DNA from: Desulfocapsaceae bacterium
Lineage (GTDB): Bacteria; Desulfobacterota; Desulfobulbia; Desulfobulbales; Desulfocapsaceae
Assembly (NCBI GenBank): GCA_031292275.1
Contig: JARLHL010000057.1
Coordinates: forward strand, 1-59,607
Length of the DNA: 59,607 nt
Reading direction: 5' to 3'
Part shown: positions 50,395 through 59,607 of the stretch, piece by piece
How positions within the stretch are numbered: the stretch's first letter is position 1
Layout: each line of letters opens with the position of its first letter
The notes under the pieces: model-generated
Databases searched by the model: none
Seen by the model: the letters and a program-made list of their open reading frames with translations, nothing else
Told to the model about the DNA's origin: nothing
Program-made: the position numbers and the translations under genes

Positions 50395-50730
50395 TTACAT
50401 CACATGAGCGGCATTCTTTAACGCATCTGTAGCCCACTGATTAAGGCTCTTTCCGGATGCCTTTGCAGCAACAAGAGCCGCCCCATGGACTTCAGGAGGA
50501 ACACGCAACAGGATCTTTCCTGACACAGGCTTTTCTGGTGAAATTCCTTGCTCGGCGCAATCAAGCAGATAATCATTAATTGCCAATTCGAATTCATTTC
50601 GAAGTTCCATTACTGTCTCACCGTGGAAACTGATTATGGTCCTCAAGCCAAGTATTCTTCCTATAAAAATATTATCCCTCTCATCGAATTCAATTTGAGC
50701 TGTATATCCTTTAAAGTTCATTGTGTTCAT
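50395..50730 (-). CDS. hicB: HicB-family antitoxin
   Basis: YTAQIEFDERDNIFIGRILGLRTIISFHGETVMELRNEFELAINDYL (HicB/UPF0150 fold) plus a C-terminal RHH-like VPPEVHGAALVAAKASGKSLNQWATDAL. Confidence 0.8.
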   Translation of the reverse strand: MNTMNFKGYTAQIEFDERDNIFIGRILGLRTIISFHGETVMELRNEFELAINDYLLDCAEQGISPEKPVSGKILLRVPPEVHGAALVAAKASGKSLNQWATDALKNAAHVM

Positions 50731-50885
50731 GGTCTTATCTCCAAACGCTCCAACAACTCCCGCGCTTCCTCAACTTGATATTTTTTTGCTTCCTTTCCAG
50801 GGTGTGGACGATGACAATGCCACCCTTCACCTTTCAATATAATTTTTACCCGTGAACCCGCACGCTCAAATAACTGACCACCCAT
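50727..50885 (-). CDS. hicA: HicA-family mRNA interferase toxin (short, possibly N-terminally truncated)
   Basis: 52 aa MGGQLFERAGSRVKIILKGEGWHCHRPHPGKEAKKYQVEEARELLERLEIRP matches the HicA GSH...HPgK core. Its stop overlaps the hicB start (ATGA). It is not in the ORF track because it is shorter than 60 aa. Confidence 0.6.
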   Translation of the reverse strand: MGGQLFERAGSRVKIILKGEGWHCHRPHPGKEAKKYQVEEARELLERLEIRP

Positions 50886-51094
50886 CGAGATTAATAAAGC
50901 TTCAATATCGGGAAATACAATGGTTCCTGATGTCGGTTGACGAAAAATCGACTCAAGAGTCTTTTATGCCTTGATTTCATATTGGTTAATGATAGCATTT
51001 AATGCTATCGCCCGCAAGTGTTGTTCTACTAATTTGCACTCAAATAGGGTGCAGTGCGGTTTGACTGCCTTTGCGCCCCCACAAACACCCTATA

Positions 51095-51230
51095 CCTTTT
51101 CCCTGAGAGGTGACAGCCACAGGAGGATCAAGGCTGCATTTTTTTCCAGGCTGCGCCCAATGGTCTGCCGAAACCATACTCCACGTCTAGGCCCCTCCTG
51201 GCGTCTTGCCTCGTAGTAGCCTATTCCTTC
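51095..51230. repeat. Copy 1 of a duplicated segment of about 130 bp (about 70% identical to 52170..52305)
   Basis: CCCTGAGAGGTGACAGCCACAGGAGGATCAAGGCTGCATTT...CTCCACG...CCCCTCCTGGCG aligns with the segment upstream of the integrase fragment at 52.2 kb. Confidence 0.5.
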
Positions 51231-52169
51231 GAAAATAATACCACGGGCTATTCTGCGTATTGCTTTACTGCATCGGTGAATGTTTGGGATGGCGGGAGAG
51301 CTGGGGTCCTGTTCAGTTAGACTGCCTTGATAGCGCCCCAGCAATGAGAGGAATATCTGGTCTGTATGCATCTTCCATTGGGTGGGCGTTTCCTGAACAA
51401 AATTTGCCCACCCAAAAGGGGCATTCCAAATATCAGGGTATACTTTTGGGCATTGTGACAATGACAGAATGGAATAAAAAAGAGGCAGAGACATTGCTGA
51501 CCCTGCCTCTTAAATTCCGTTATAAACCCTAACCTAATATGGTTGGCCACTCGCTATGATAAGATCTTTCTATAAAATCATAAAATTGGACAAATGGCGA
51601 AACATTTAAGTCTGATTCAACAATTAATGACTGAAAATTTCCGGTTTCAACTGCTCCATTCGTTATCAAGTTGGCAGTAAATATTCCAATTGATACTATC
51701 ATTATCGTCAAACCAGTCAGAAGTGTCTTTTTCATTTTTCTCTCCTTTGTCTGCCATTTTGTCTGTATTTGCAGCCTGTACAAAGTTGATTTATTTTGGA
51801 AAAGCAAACATTAGGCCAATACGACATAAGCGGAGCAAATTTTTCAGGGAAGATCGTATAGGCGACCGAAAAAATGAAGCCCTATTGTTTTATAAACAAA
51901 TAGTTAATTCTCTTTAGCAAGGCTCTTGTATGTCAAAAAAAATAAGAAATAAAATCCATACAGATCTTATCTGTATCTTCCTAAAACAGGTGATTGTCAC
52001 AGGTCTTTCTCAATAGAATTGATCTTGCAGTTGACAATTTTTGTCACAGGAAAACCGAAAATTGCCATTACCCACTTCGCGCTTGTAAACAATGCGCAAG
52101 ACTATCGTGGACCCCAGTTTTAAGATAGCAGTTTAAGCTGCACGCAACTTAAGGAACGAGATTCCAACT

Positions 52170-52817
52170 ACCCTCCGTCTTCCCCTGAGAGCTGACAGCC
52201 ACAATAGAGGCAAGGCCGCATTTAATTCTGAGCATTGCCCCAGCGTAGCCGTTTTCATACCCTCCACGCCCTGGCACCTCCTAGCCCTCGGTGCTCTTGC
52301 CAAACAGCCGTTTCTTCCTCTGTTTCTTAATAACCTGCAATCCTTCTTGCTTGCTAAGGAGACCGTCGATGAGATCATTTTCCGGACCATGAACACCCGG
52401 AACAGGCTCATGCTGGAACTCATGGCTCGGGGAGGAATGAGAGTCGGTGAAGTATTGAATCTCACACCAAGCGATATCCAGGAGAGGACCCTGGCCATTA
52501 AAAGTCCGAAAAGTAGTCGGGTTGGAGAAGCAGTTTATGTTCCACGAAAATTATTGGTAAGGTTAACCGACTCCGTAAAAGCTAATAAAAAAGGCAACAG
52601 TGACCGAATTTCCCCCATTTCCTATGTCGCTGCATGGTCCATGGTCAAAAAATCTGGAAATCTGGTCAAAATCCAGCTTCGTTCTCATGATCTGCGACGA
52701 CATGCGGCAACGTATACATCGCGATCAGGAACACCAATAGAAACTGTCAGCAAGGTCATCCTGCGGCATGCGAATTTATCAACGACACAGAGATATTGGC
52801 AAAGTGAACGATTCTGA
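52170..52817 (+). pseudogene. Tyrosine-recombinase (phage-integrase family) remnant: copy 2 of the repeat plus the catalytic C-terminal domain only
   Basis: Translation from 52347 (TTG) gives RNRLMLELMARGGMRVGEVLNLTPSDI...HDLRRHAATYTSRSG...LRHANLSTTQRYWQ, which carries R, H-x-x-R and the catalytic Y. The N-terminal core-binding domain is missing or disrupted. Confidence 0.7.
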
Positions 52818-52861
52818 AGCCATCAGATGGATCGAGAATCTTTATGGGTAGTTGTTTGAAA

Positions 52862-52885
52862 GGGCGAGGAGCTTTCCTCGCCCTA
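52862..52885 (+). terminator. Perfect 9-bp stem hairpin after the integrase remnant
   Basis: GGGCGAGGAgcttTCCTCGCCC; not followed by a T-tract. Confidence 0.3.
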
Positions 52886-53267
52886 AGGGCAATAGCAGAC
52901 GTCTCAACCCAAGAAGGGTAATCTGATACCAAGGCTTGCTCCTGGTAATCTCTAAAGTTTAAAATTATTTCTAATCATGGTTTGCTCTAATTATTGAGCA
53001 TCTTTGAGGATTTTTGGTAACGGATTTTCACCTGGAGGCGTGTTCAATTTCCCCGGGCTACTTAATTGTTTCGGCACGATAAAGCAGATTCCGATCACCT
53101 TTGGCAGATACTCTTTCCAAACATCTATCTGATGATATTTTAATCATATGTTAATTATTTTTTGTTCTAATGAAATAGTGCTGTCTAATATTTTCCAGAA
53201 AAATAGCCTAACCATAAAACGGCCTTATGTAGTTTTCACTGGAACTTTTAAAAACTCAATCTACCGA

Positions 53268-53567
53268 ATGATACAACGTGAATACTATAGGATCAGTGTA
53301 AGGCTGACAGGATCTTGCTGTTTGAAGGATCCGGAAACAGAAAGAATTTTCTTGGCTGATATCCTCGATATCAGCTCCAAAGGGATTCGGTTAAAATTGG
53401 AGAAAGGAACAGAAGGACCTGACTCCCTTCAACCTGATGCTGTTTTTTTCATTCTCAACAGCAATATATGTGTCGAAGGGGTTGAGTTGTCCCGACAAAA
53501 AATGCGGATAGTTTGGAGAGATGGTCTCGAATTCGGTTGCAGGTTTTTGACCAATTTTACCGGATAA
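53268..53567 (+). CDS. PilZ-domain protein (c-di-GMP receptor)
   Basis: RxxxR motif QREYYRISVR and D-x-S-x-x-G motif DISSKGIRL about 25 residues later; about 100 aa. The ORF track's longer start is at 53148. Confidence 0.6.
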   Translation: MIQREYYRISVRLTGSCCLKDPETERIFLADILDISSKGIRLKLEKGTEGPDSLQPDAVFFILNSNICVEGVELSRQKMRIVWRDGLEFGCRFLTNFTG

Positions 53568-53783
53568 AACAAGGAAATAAATTTGCCTTTTACCAATCGT
53601 TGTAATGGCTCTATAAGGATTGGTTCTCCCTGTGAGGGGTATTTTTCGCCATCAATCCTTATGGGACTAATAATTCTTCATAAAAATTGCCATCCCCATC
53701 AATTATTACTCATTCAATCAATAATCCGGAATCTTCCTTTTTCAAAGGCGAAGGTAAAATTGTAGAATCAATTTTTAGCCGTT

Positions 53784-56345
53784 ATGATAAGTCCTTTTCG
53801 ATTCATTCTCTGGCTTTACCTAAAAAGCCTAGGCCGTGTTAAACTTACAATTCGAGGTCGCATTTGGTTATTGAATCTGGTCGCCATTGCAGCCTTCGTC
53901 TCCATAATCATCTGCAGCTTGATCCAGACCTATTATATAAATACCTCCATACAATATATCTTCCGTCAAAGTTTCCCCGGGGTCCTGTTGGTAACCGAAC
54001 TCGAATCGGCATTGCACCGTCTGCAGGCCGATGTCACCAGAATGGCGATGGAATCGGATTCCAACCATCTACAGAATACCCAATCAAAGGTGGATGAGGA
54101 GCGCAGGCAAGCCCTGGAAAAGGTTGGACAATGCAAAGATCTGTTGACCTCTGAAAGACAGCAGGGATTATTGGAAGAATTGAAGGAGGAACTGAATAGT
54201 TACTTCCAGGCGGTGGAAAATGTCAATAAAATGGCTCTTGCCGGTAACCTGGTGATCGCTCAGGCTGTGCTGGCCGGCTCGGTTGACTCCTATCTTATGG
54301 AAATCGAACAGGTTGTAGAAAACCTTCGGATCGAGGCCGGCCGGGACCAGAACGCCGCGACAGAAAATCTCGATCGAAACATGCATCGTGCAATCCTTCG
54401 TTTCAGCGGGTTGGCCCTGTCCGCCGTTTTGCTGCTGTTGAGTATCAGTGCCATTATCCAAAGCAGTATTCTCAGTCCACTCCGCAGAATGGATGCAACC
54501 ATTCAGGAAATCAGGAAAATATCACAGAACAAGAATTACCATGTCAGAGTGGAAGTAAGAGGAAAGGACGAATTTGGTCTGCTTGCCGTCAGCTTCAACG
54601 ACATGATCGAACAAATCGAAAAACGCGATTTATACCTTGAAGAGCAGGTTGAAAAACGCACCCAGGAGCTGGAGGAGCGGACCCTCGACCTGCAGGAGGC
54701 CAAGGAAAAGGCAGAGGCGGCAAATAGAGCAAAGAGTCAATTTCTCGCCAACATGAGCCATGAAATCCGAACACCGATGAACGCGATTATCGGGATGACG
54801 CATCTGGCAATAAACACACACGAAGAAAACAAACAGCAAGTTTTTTTGCAAACAGTAAAACATTCAGCCGAAAGTCTGCTCGGCATCCTGAACGATATTC
54901 TCGATTTCTCCAAAATTGAAGCGGGACAGCTCCAGTTGGACAACGTCCCCTTTAATCTGCACCAATTGCTGGAGAGCGTCATTTCTACTATGAATGTACC
55001 TGCAGTGGAAAAAGGGATCCGGCTACAAAAAGTTATACAGGAAAACCTTCCAAATGCATTTATTGGGGACGATCTTCGTCTGCGACAGATTTTACTCAAT
55101 CTTGTCAACAATGCCGTGAAGTTTACCCAATCCGGATCCATCACCATCGAGGTCAGTTTAGAAAACGAAATTTCTAACGGAGAAGCTGTACTGCATTTCA
55201 TCGTCAAGGATACCGGTATAGGTATTCCACCCGAAAAGGTTTCCCTTATTTTCAACAACTTTGAACAGGCCGACAATTCCCATGCCAGACAATACGGTGG
55301 GACCGGTTTGGGGTTGTCGATCTCTAAGCAGCTGATTACCCTGATGAACGGCAGCATCTGGGTAGAGAGCCAAGTAAGCAGCGGCAGTTCTTTTCATTTC
55401 ATCATCAAGCTGCCACCCTGTCCGGAAAAACTGGTGACGGCTGCTTCTACAGAGGCAGGTCTTTCAGAAAATACAATCAAGGGCTTATATATTCTGATTG
55501 TCGATGATAATAAGGTGAATCGAGACGTTGCCAGCATGATGCTTGAACAGGACCATATGGTCTCAACTGCCGCTAATGGTCTGGAGTCCTTGGCGGTTTT
55601 AGCTTGCAGGAGTTTTGATGTTGTCCTCATGGACGTACAAATGCCGGTCATGGATGGTCTGGCGGCGACCGCTGTTATCCGTTCCATCGAGCAAGGGAAT
55701 CCTGTACCCAGTATGGTACCGGACAATATAAGGATAGCTCTCGCAGGAAAACTTACCGGCAAACATGTACCGATCGTTGCGATGACGGCCCATGCAATGA
55801 GCGAAGATCAAAAGTTGTGCTTCTCAGCCGGCATGGACAGGTATGTCACCAAGCCCTTTCAGTATGATCACCTCGTTTCTGTTATCCAGTCATTGATTGG
55901 TGACGGCCCTGAACGATGCAGCGTCAAAAATGTCGGCTTGGCAGGCGACACTCCCCCTTCTCCGGCTGATATTTCCTCAGGGGAGACAAGAGTTGAAGAT
56001 GTTATCAGATATTTTAAAACCACAACGAATTTTACTGATGAACAGATTGCAAGGCTGGTTGCAGCGTCTTGCGAGGGTATACGTGAAGAACTTGCGAACG
56101 CATCGGCTGCGCTGAGAGATGAGGATTATCCTGCCCTGGGCAGGGCGGCTCATACCCTCAAGGGAACCTTGGCGCAATGCGGGCTTTCCGTCTGGAGTGA
56201 AAAAGCTCAAGAAATCCATGCAAGCGCCAGGAATAATCAGGATTTCCCTTACCTAAGCGAATTGGAAATTTTAAAAAACGGAGTACATTCATTTCTTGAA
56301 TACCGAAAGCTACAAACAGGACAGGACGTTTTCTATGAATTATAG
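53784..56345 (+). CDS. Hybrid sensor histidine kinase with a C-terminal Hpt domain (TM sensor, HAMP, HisKA, HATPase_c, REC, Hpt)
   Basis: H-box [17 protein letters not shown], HATPase [26 protein letters not shown]...[28 protein letters not shown]...[13 protein letters not shown], Hpt [14 protein letters not shown]. Confidence 0.9.
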   Translation: MISPFRFILWLYLKSLGRVKLTIRGRIWLLNLVAIAAFVSIIICSLIQTYYINTSIQYIFRQSFPGVLLVTELESALHRLQADVTRMAMESDSNHLQNTQSKVDEERRQALEKVGQCKDLLTSERQQGLLEELKEELNSYFQAVENVNKMALAGNLVIAQAVLAGSVDSYLMEIEQVVENLRIEAGRDQNAATENLDRNMHRAILRFSGLALSAVLLLLSISAIIQSSILSPLRRMDATIQEIRKISQNKNYHVRVEVRGKDEFGLLAVSFNDMIEQIEKRDLYLEEQVEKRTQELEERTLDLQEAKEKAEAANRAKSQFLANMSHEIRTPMNAIIGMTHLAINTHEENKQQVFLQTVKHSAESLLGILNDILDFSKIEAGQLQLDNVPFNLHQLLESVISTMNVPAVEKGIRLQKVIQENLPNAFIGDDLRLRQILLNLVNNAVKFTQSGSITIEVSLENEISNGEAVLHFIVKDTGIGIPPEKVSLIFNNFEQADNSHARQYGGTGLGLSISKQLITLMNGSIWVESQVSSGSSFHFIIKLPPCPEKLVTAASTEAGLSENTIKGLYILIVDDNKVNRDVASMMLEQDHMVSTAANGLESLAVLACRSFDVVLMDVQMPVMDGLAATAVIRSIEQGNPVPSMVPDNIRIALAGKLTGKHVPIVAMTAHAMSEDQKLCFSAGMDRYVTKPFQYDHLVSVIQSLIGDGPERCSVKNVGLAGDTPPSPADISSGETRVEDVIRYFKTTTNFTDEQIARLVAASCEGIREELANASAALRDEDYPALGRAAHTLKGTLAQCGLSVWSEKAQEIHASARNNQDFPYLSELEILKNGVHSFLEYRKLQTGQDVFYEL

Positions 56346-56512
56346 AGACAGAAGACATGATGACCCTGCATATGGGCAGATTTCAACACCACTCATTCAC
56401 GATAAAACAGTCAGGCTCAGTTTGAGACATTCAATGTTTTTTTAAACAATAAGAACCGCCTGGAAAAGCCATCAGATTCGCACCAATTAATTTAGAAAGA
56501 GAGCGTTTACTC

Positions 56513-58666
56513 ATGCCTACAGCTAGTATTGCCAATACTGCAGCGTGTAATCAGAAATCGGTCGTAATGGTTGTCGATGATGTTTTCTCTGCTCGTTTAC
56601 AATTGAGATTCACTCTAGAAAACGCGGGACATGAGGTTGTAGAAGCTGAGAGCGGCAGGAAGGCCGTGGATCTTTTCAAGAAATCTCCTCCCGACCTTAT
56701 CTTGCTCGATGTCAACATGCCTGAGATGGATGGTTTTCACACCTGCCGAAAGCTACGGGATCTGCCGGGAGGCGCTCACACACCCGTGGTAATGGTCACC
56801 GGCATGGAGGATACGGAAACCATTACTCAGGCTTTTGAGGCGGGAGCTACGGATTTCATCAGCAAGCCGATAAACACGTTGATTCTCGGTTATCGGGTCC
56901 TCTACTGGCTTCGCTCCGGAAAAATTTTGAGCGAATTGAAGATCAACCAGAATCGACTTCACAAGGCTCAGGATCTTGCGCGGCTCGCTCATTGGGAACG
57001 GAACCTCGAAACTGGAGAGTTCCTGGTAACCTGCCACAAGCCCGCACAGTTCGGGCTCACTCTCCCCAGTAACTATGACAGTCTCTTTGCCAACATCGTT
57101 ACCGAGGATAAAATGCTGACAAAAAATGTGATAGACCACGCATGTGAAGCGGAACAGGCCTTCAGTGTTCACTATCAGGTTACCTTGCCGGACGGCAGTG
57201 AACGTATCATACTCAACCAGGGTGAAGTCGTCACCGGGGATACCCATCAACACCGCCTCGCAGTCGGTATTATCCAGGACATCACCGAACTGAAACGGGC
57301 CGAAGATAGAATTCGTTATCTTGCCTTTTATGACAATCTGACCGGCCTCGCTAATCGTTCCCTGTTCCGGGAGCATTGGTCGAAAATCCTGCCGTATGCG
57401 CAGCGACGCCTGAAGAAGGTGGCTGTCATCTTCATTGACCTCGATAATTTTAAGCGAATTAACGATACCTTGGGGCATCCCAGTGGAGATACGGTGCTTA
57501 TATCGGTTGCGGACCGGTTGAAAAATATGTTGCGGCATTCCGATGTCCTCTCCCGTTCCAACGACGATCGGCCGACTTCCCTTCTCTCCCGTGTCGGCGG
57601 AGATGAGTTTACTGTCCTCGCCGCAGATTTTGCCGGCCCAGATCAAATATCCTGCCTGGTCGACCGTATTATTGAGGTCCTGGGCCGGCCGTTGCAAATG
57701 GAAGATCATTTGATTACCCTGACTGCCAGCATAGGTATCAGTGTTTACCCTGAGGATGGCAGCGATATTGATACTCTTTTGAAAAATGCCGACACAGCCA
57801 TGTACGCGGCTAAGGAAAAAGGCCGAAACAATTACCAGTTCTTCCAAAGCGCGATGAATGATGCCGCCAAGATACGGTTTCACCTCACCAATAGACTGCG
57901 CGAAGCCCTGGATAATGAAGAATTCGTCCTCTACTATCAACCGCAGTTCGCCAATAACACCGGGACGCTCCGAGGGGTTGAAGCATTGATCCGCTGGATT
58001 GATCCGGAAAAGGGACTGATTTCCCCAAATGACTTTCTCCCCTTTGCCGAAGAAAACGGTTTCATCCACAGTATTAACGACTGGGTCATTCAAGAAGCCT
58101 GTGAGCAGGCCCAAAAATGGGTCGCTGCCGGCCTGTTCAACGATTGCCGCATGGGTGTCAACATTTCCGGCAATAACATTAACTTTAAACAGTTGGTAGA
58201 GAATATTATCGCCATATTGTCTCGAACCGGCCTCGACCCTCACTATCTCGAAATCGAGTTGACGGAACGGGTAATGATGGAGAATACGGACGAGGCAAGA
58301 CAGATGCTCTTGAAACTCAAAGAGATGGGGGTTTCCATAGCCATCGATGATTTCGGTACCGGCTATTCAGCCTTGAGCCATCTGCAGTTGTTTCCCCTCA
58401 CTACCCTCAAGATTGACAGGTCCTTTGTCATGAATATGAAAAAAGCCGACAACGGTCTTTCCCTGCTGCATTCGATCATAGGCATAGCAAAGAGTTTCAA
58501 CCTGAAAGTGGTGGCGGAAGGAGTCGAAACTGATGAACAGTTGTCTGCACTCGGCAAAATGGACTGTGATGAATTGCAGGGCTATCTGCTGAGCAGACCT
58601 ATCACCGGAGAGAAGCTGGAGGAGAGACTTGCCGGCAATAGAAACCATACGATGTCTAATACTTAA
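56513..58666 (+). CDS. Response regulator with PAS, GGDEF and EAL domains (c-di-GMP turnover)
   Basis: REC VVMVVDDVFSARLQ...LILLDVNMPEMDG, GGDEF RVGGDEFTVL with an I-site-like context, EAL motif GVEALIRW plus DDFGTGYSAL and QGYLLSRP. Confidence 0.95.
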   Translation: MPTASIANTAACNQKSVVMVVDDVFSARLQLRFTLENAGHEVVEAESGRKAVDLFKKSPPDLILLDVNMPEMDGFHTCRKLRDLPGGAHTPVVMVTGMEDTETITQAFEAGATDFISKPINTLILGYRVLYWLRSGKILSELKINQNRLHKAQDLARLAHWERNLETGEFLVTCHKPAQFGLTLPSNYDSLFANIVTEDKMLTKNVIDHACEAEQAFSVHYQVTLPDGSERIILNQGEVVTGDTHQHRLAVGIIQDITELKRAEDRIRYLAFYDNLTGLANRSLFREHWSKILPYAQRRLKKVAVIFIDLDNFKRINDTLGHPSGDTVLISVADRLKNMLRHSDVLSRSNDDRPTSLLSRVGGDEFTVLAADFAGPDQISCLVDRIIEVLGRPLQMEDHLITLTASIGISVYPEDGSDIDTLLKNADTAMYAAKEKGRNNYQFFQSAMNDAAKIRFHLTNRLREALDNEEFVLYYQPQFANNTGTLRGVEALIRWIDPEKGLISPNDFLPFAEENGFIHSINDWVIQEACEQAQKWVAAGLFNDCRMGVNISGNNINFKQLVENIIAILSRTGLDPHYLEIELTERVMMENTDEARQMLLKLKEMGVSIAIDDFGTGYSALSHLQLFPLTTLKIDRSFVMNMKKADNGLSLLHSIIGIAKSFNLKVVAEGVETDEQLSALGKMDCDELQGYLLSRPITGEKLEERLAGNRNHTMSNT

Positions 58667-58668
58667 GA

Positions 58669-59376
58669 ATGGTTGGCGGGCGTATGAACTCGAAAGCAAA
58701 GGTTGATATTAACAAAAATAGATTATACATAACCATTGCAGGGAAGGCTGTAAAACAAAATTTGGACAAACTCTATACTGATGTAAGGTTCTGTGTTGCA
58801 GATTTAAAAACCGGCTTTGATGTAATAACTGATCTTTCTGAATGTAGCCTCGGACATCTAAATGGTGTTCCAACGTACAGAAAGATAATGAATTTTCTTA
58901 TTACAAAAAAGATTGGAAATGTTGTTCGGGTTATAGACGAGAATAGTTTAGTGTTTAAACAAGTAATGAATATCACATCAAGAATATGCGGATACAAACC
59001 TATTTATGTGTCAACTCTTGAGGAGGCAGAAAAAAAACTAGAATGTTTAAAAAAACGCAACTCTATTCGTTTTAATATTAATGAGTTACCTGTTGACTAC
59101 GTAGCAAATGAAACGAATGGAAAAGGTAATATTTATAGCTTATCAACAAGCGGTTGTGCCATAGACTCGGCAACATTGCCAGTTGTTGTAGAAACAGAAA
59201 TATCCATTAAATTTGAATTTAAGACTCAAGGCTCGCCTTCAGGTGAATTTCTTATTAAATCAAGAGTTGTCAGAGCAGATGGTAAATTGTTTGCTGTTAA
59301 GTTCAAAGACCTTGGCGATGATCTAAAAGATCAATTATTGAAGTGTCTTATTAGTGAAGCTCAACGTGAATTATAA
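58669..59376 (+). CDS. AT-rich hypothetical protein; the C-terminal half may be PilZ-like
   Basis: An RNSIRFNI...LSTSGCAID (R..R / x-S-x-G-like) arrangement followed by a beta-rich tail. Low-GC codon usage suggests acquisition. An alternative start is MNSKAKV at 58684. Confidence 0.4.
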   Translation: MVGGRMNSKAKVDINKNRLYITIAGKAVKQNLDKLYTDVRFCVADLKTGFDVITDLSECSLGHLNGVPTYRKIMNFLITKKIGNVVRVIDENSLVFKQVMNITSRICGYKPIYVSTLEEAEKKLECLKKRNSIRFNINELPVDYVANETNGKGNIYSLSTSGCAIDSATLPVVVETEISIKFEFKTQGSPSGEFLIKSRVVRADGKLFAVKFKDLGDDLKDQLLKCLISEAQREL

Positions 59377-59607
59377 GTTTTGATCCGATCATAGGAGAAG
59401 TTGTTGTTCTGGCGTTTATTTGATGCATACCTTGGCATATCTGTGCCTAACGTGCCCATACATGATGACTCTCAATGACACGCCGGAAATCAGGGATATG
59501 TTCCGGGGCTTTTCGATAGAAGAAACCACCCTGAAATACTCTCTCTATCCATCGAAGAAATCTAGAGAAAAAGTCCGCACCGAGTTGCTCATTTCCAACT
59601 ATAATTA

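Noticed and set aside
56753-58243. 496-aa minus-strand ORF antisense to the GGDEF-EAL gene
   Set aside because: No domain signatures, and the opposite strand encodes clear GGDEF and EAL motifs.

Overview
This 59.6-kb window looks like a mosaic chromosomal region from a high-GC, signal-transduction-rich bacterium, most plausibly a Desulfobacterota/deltaproteobacterial anaerobe. That guess is an inference from the gene content: a sigma54 (NtrC-type) regulator, many PAS histidine kinases, a PEP-CTERM protein and likely selenoprotein recoding. High-GC core blocks alternate with AT-richer blocks that carry IS remnants, a toxin-antitoxin pair and pseudogenes.

Reading order of the main content:
- 1-2: end of a two-component pair (histidine-kinase C-terminus plus a sigma54-dependent regulator).
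- 2-5 kb: a thiol/sulfur redox cluster (ArsR regulator, hypothetical protein, rhodanese, CcdA/DsbD-thioredoxin, small thioredoxin-fold protein) with in-frame UGA codons suggesting selenocysteine.
- 5.2-6.7 kb: a DedA/TVP38 membrane protein and an ICMT-family methyltransferase.
- 7-9.9 kb: a V4R-domain protein translationally coupled to a hybrid PAS histidine kinase.
- 10-11.2 kb: an MFS transporter, minus strand.
- 11.7-17.5 kb: a 1947-aa CheB-CheR-PAS-histidine kinase-receiver fusion.
- 17.5-18.6 kb: three small secreted proteins (Tyr-rich, Trp/His-rich, LTXXQ/CpxP-like).
- 18.9-19.7 kb: a TauE/SafE exporter.
- 20.2-24.4 kb: an AT-richer four-gene operon ending in a secreted trypsin-like protease with three PPC repeats.
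- 24.5-25.6 kb: an Old Yellow Enzyme (OYE) family flavin oxidoreductase.
- 26-33 kb: an IS graveyard (IS3 and IS66 remnants, a lipoprotein pseudogene) around a SAM methyltransferase, a DUF1003 protein, a PEP-CTERM protein and a HAD hydrolase.
- 34.4-36.5 kb: LysR divergent from a cidAB/lrgAB-like pair.
- 36.8-37.7 kb: an IS200 remnant and a cytochrome P460.
- 38-39.3 kb: an SPFH-like membrane protein whose 3' end is duplicated 27 kb away.
- 40-41.7 kb: a methyl-accepting chemotaxis protein (MCP).
- 42.3-47.7 kb: kdpFABC plus an extra upstream micro-ORF, with no kdpD.
- 48-50.9 kb: a lytic transglycosylase, an orphan KdpE-like regulator and hicAB.
- 51-52.8 kb: duplicated segments and a tyrosine-recombinase remnant.
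- 53.2-59.4 kb: a c-di-GMP module (PilZ, hybrid kinase with an Hpt domain, REC-GGDEF-EAL, PilZ-like).

No rRNA, tRNA or CRISPR array was recognised.
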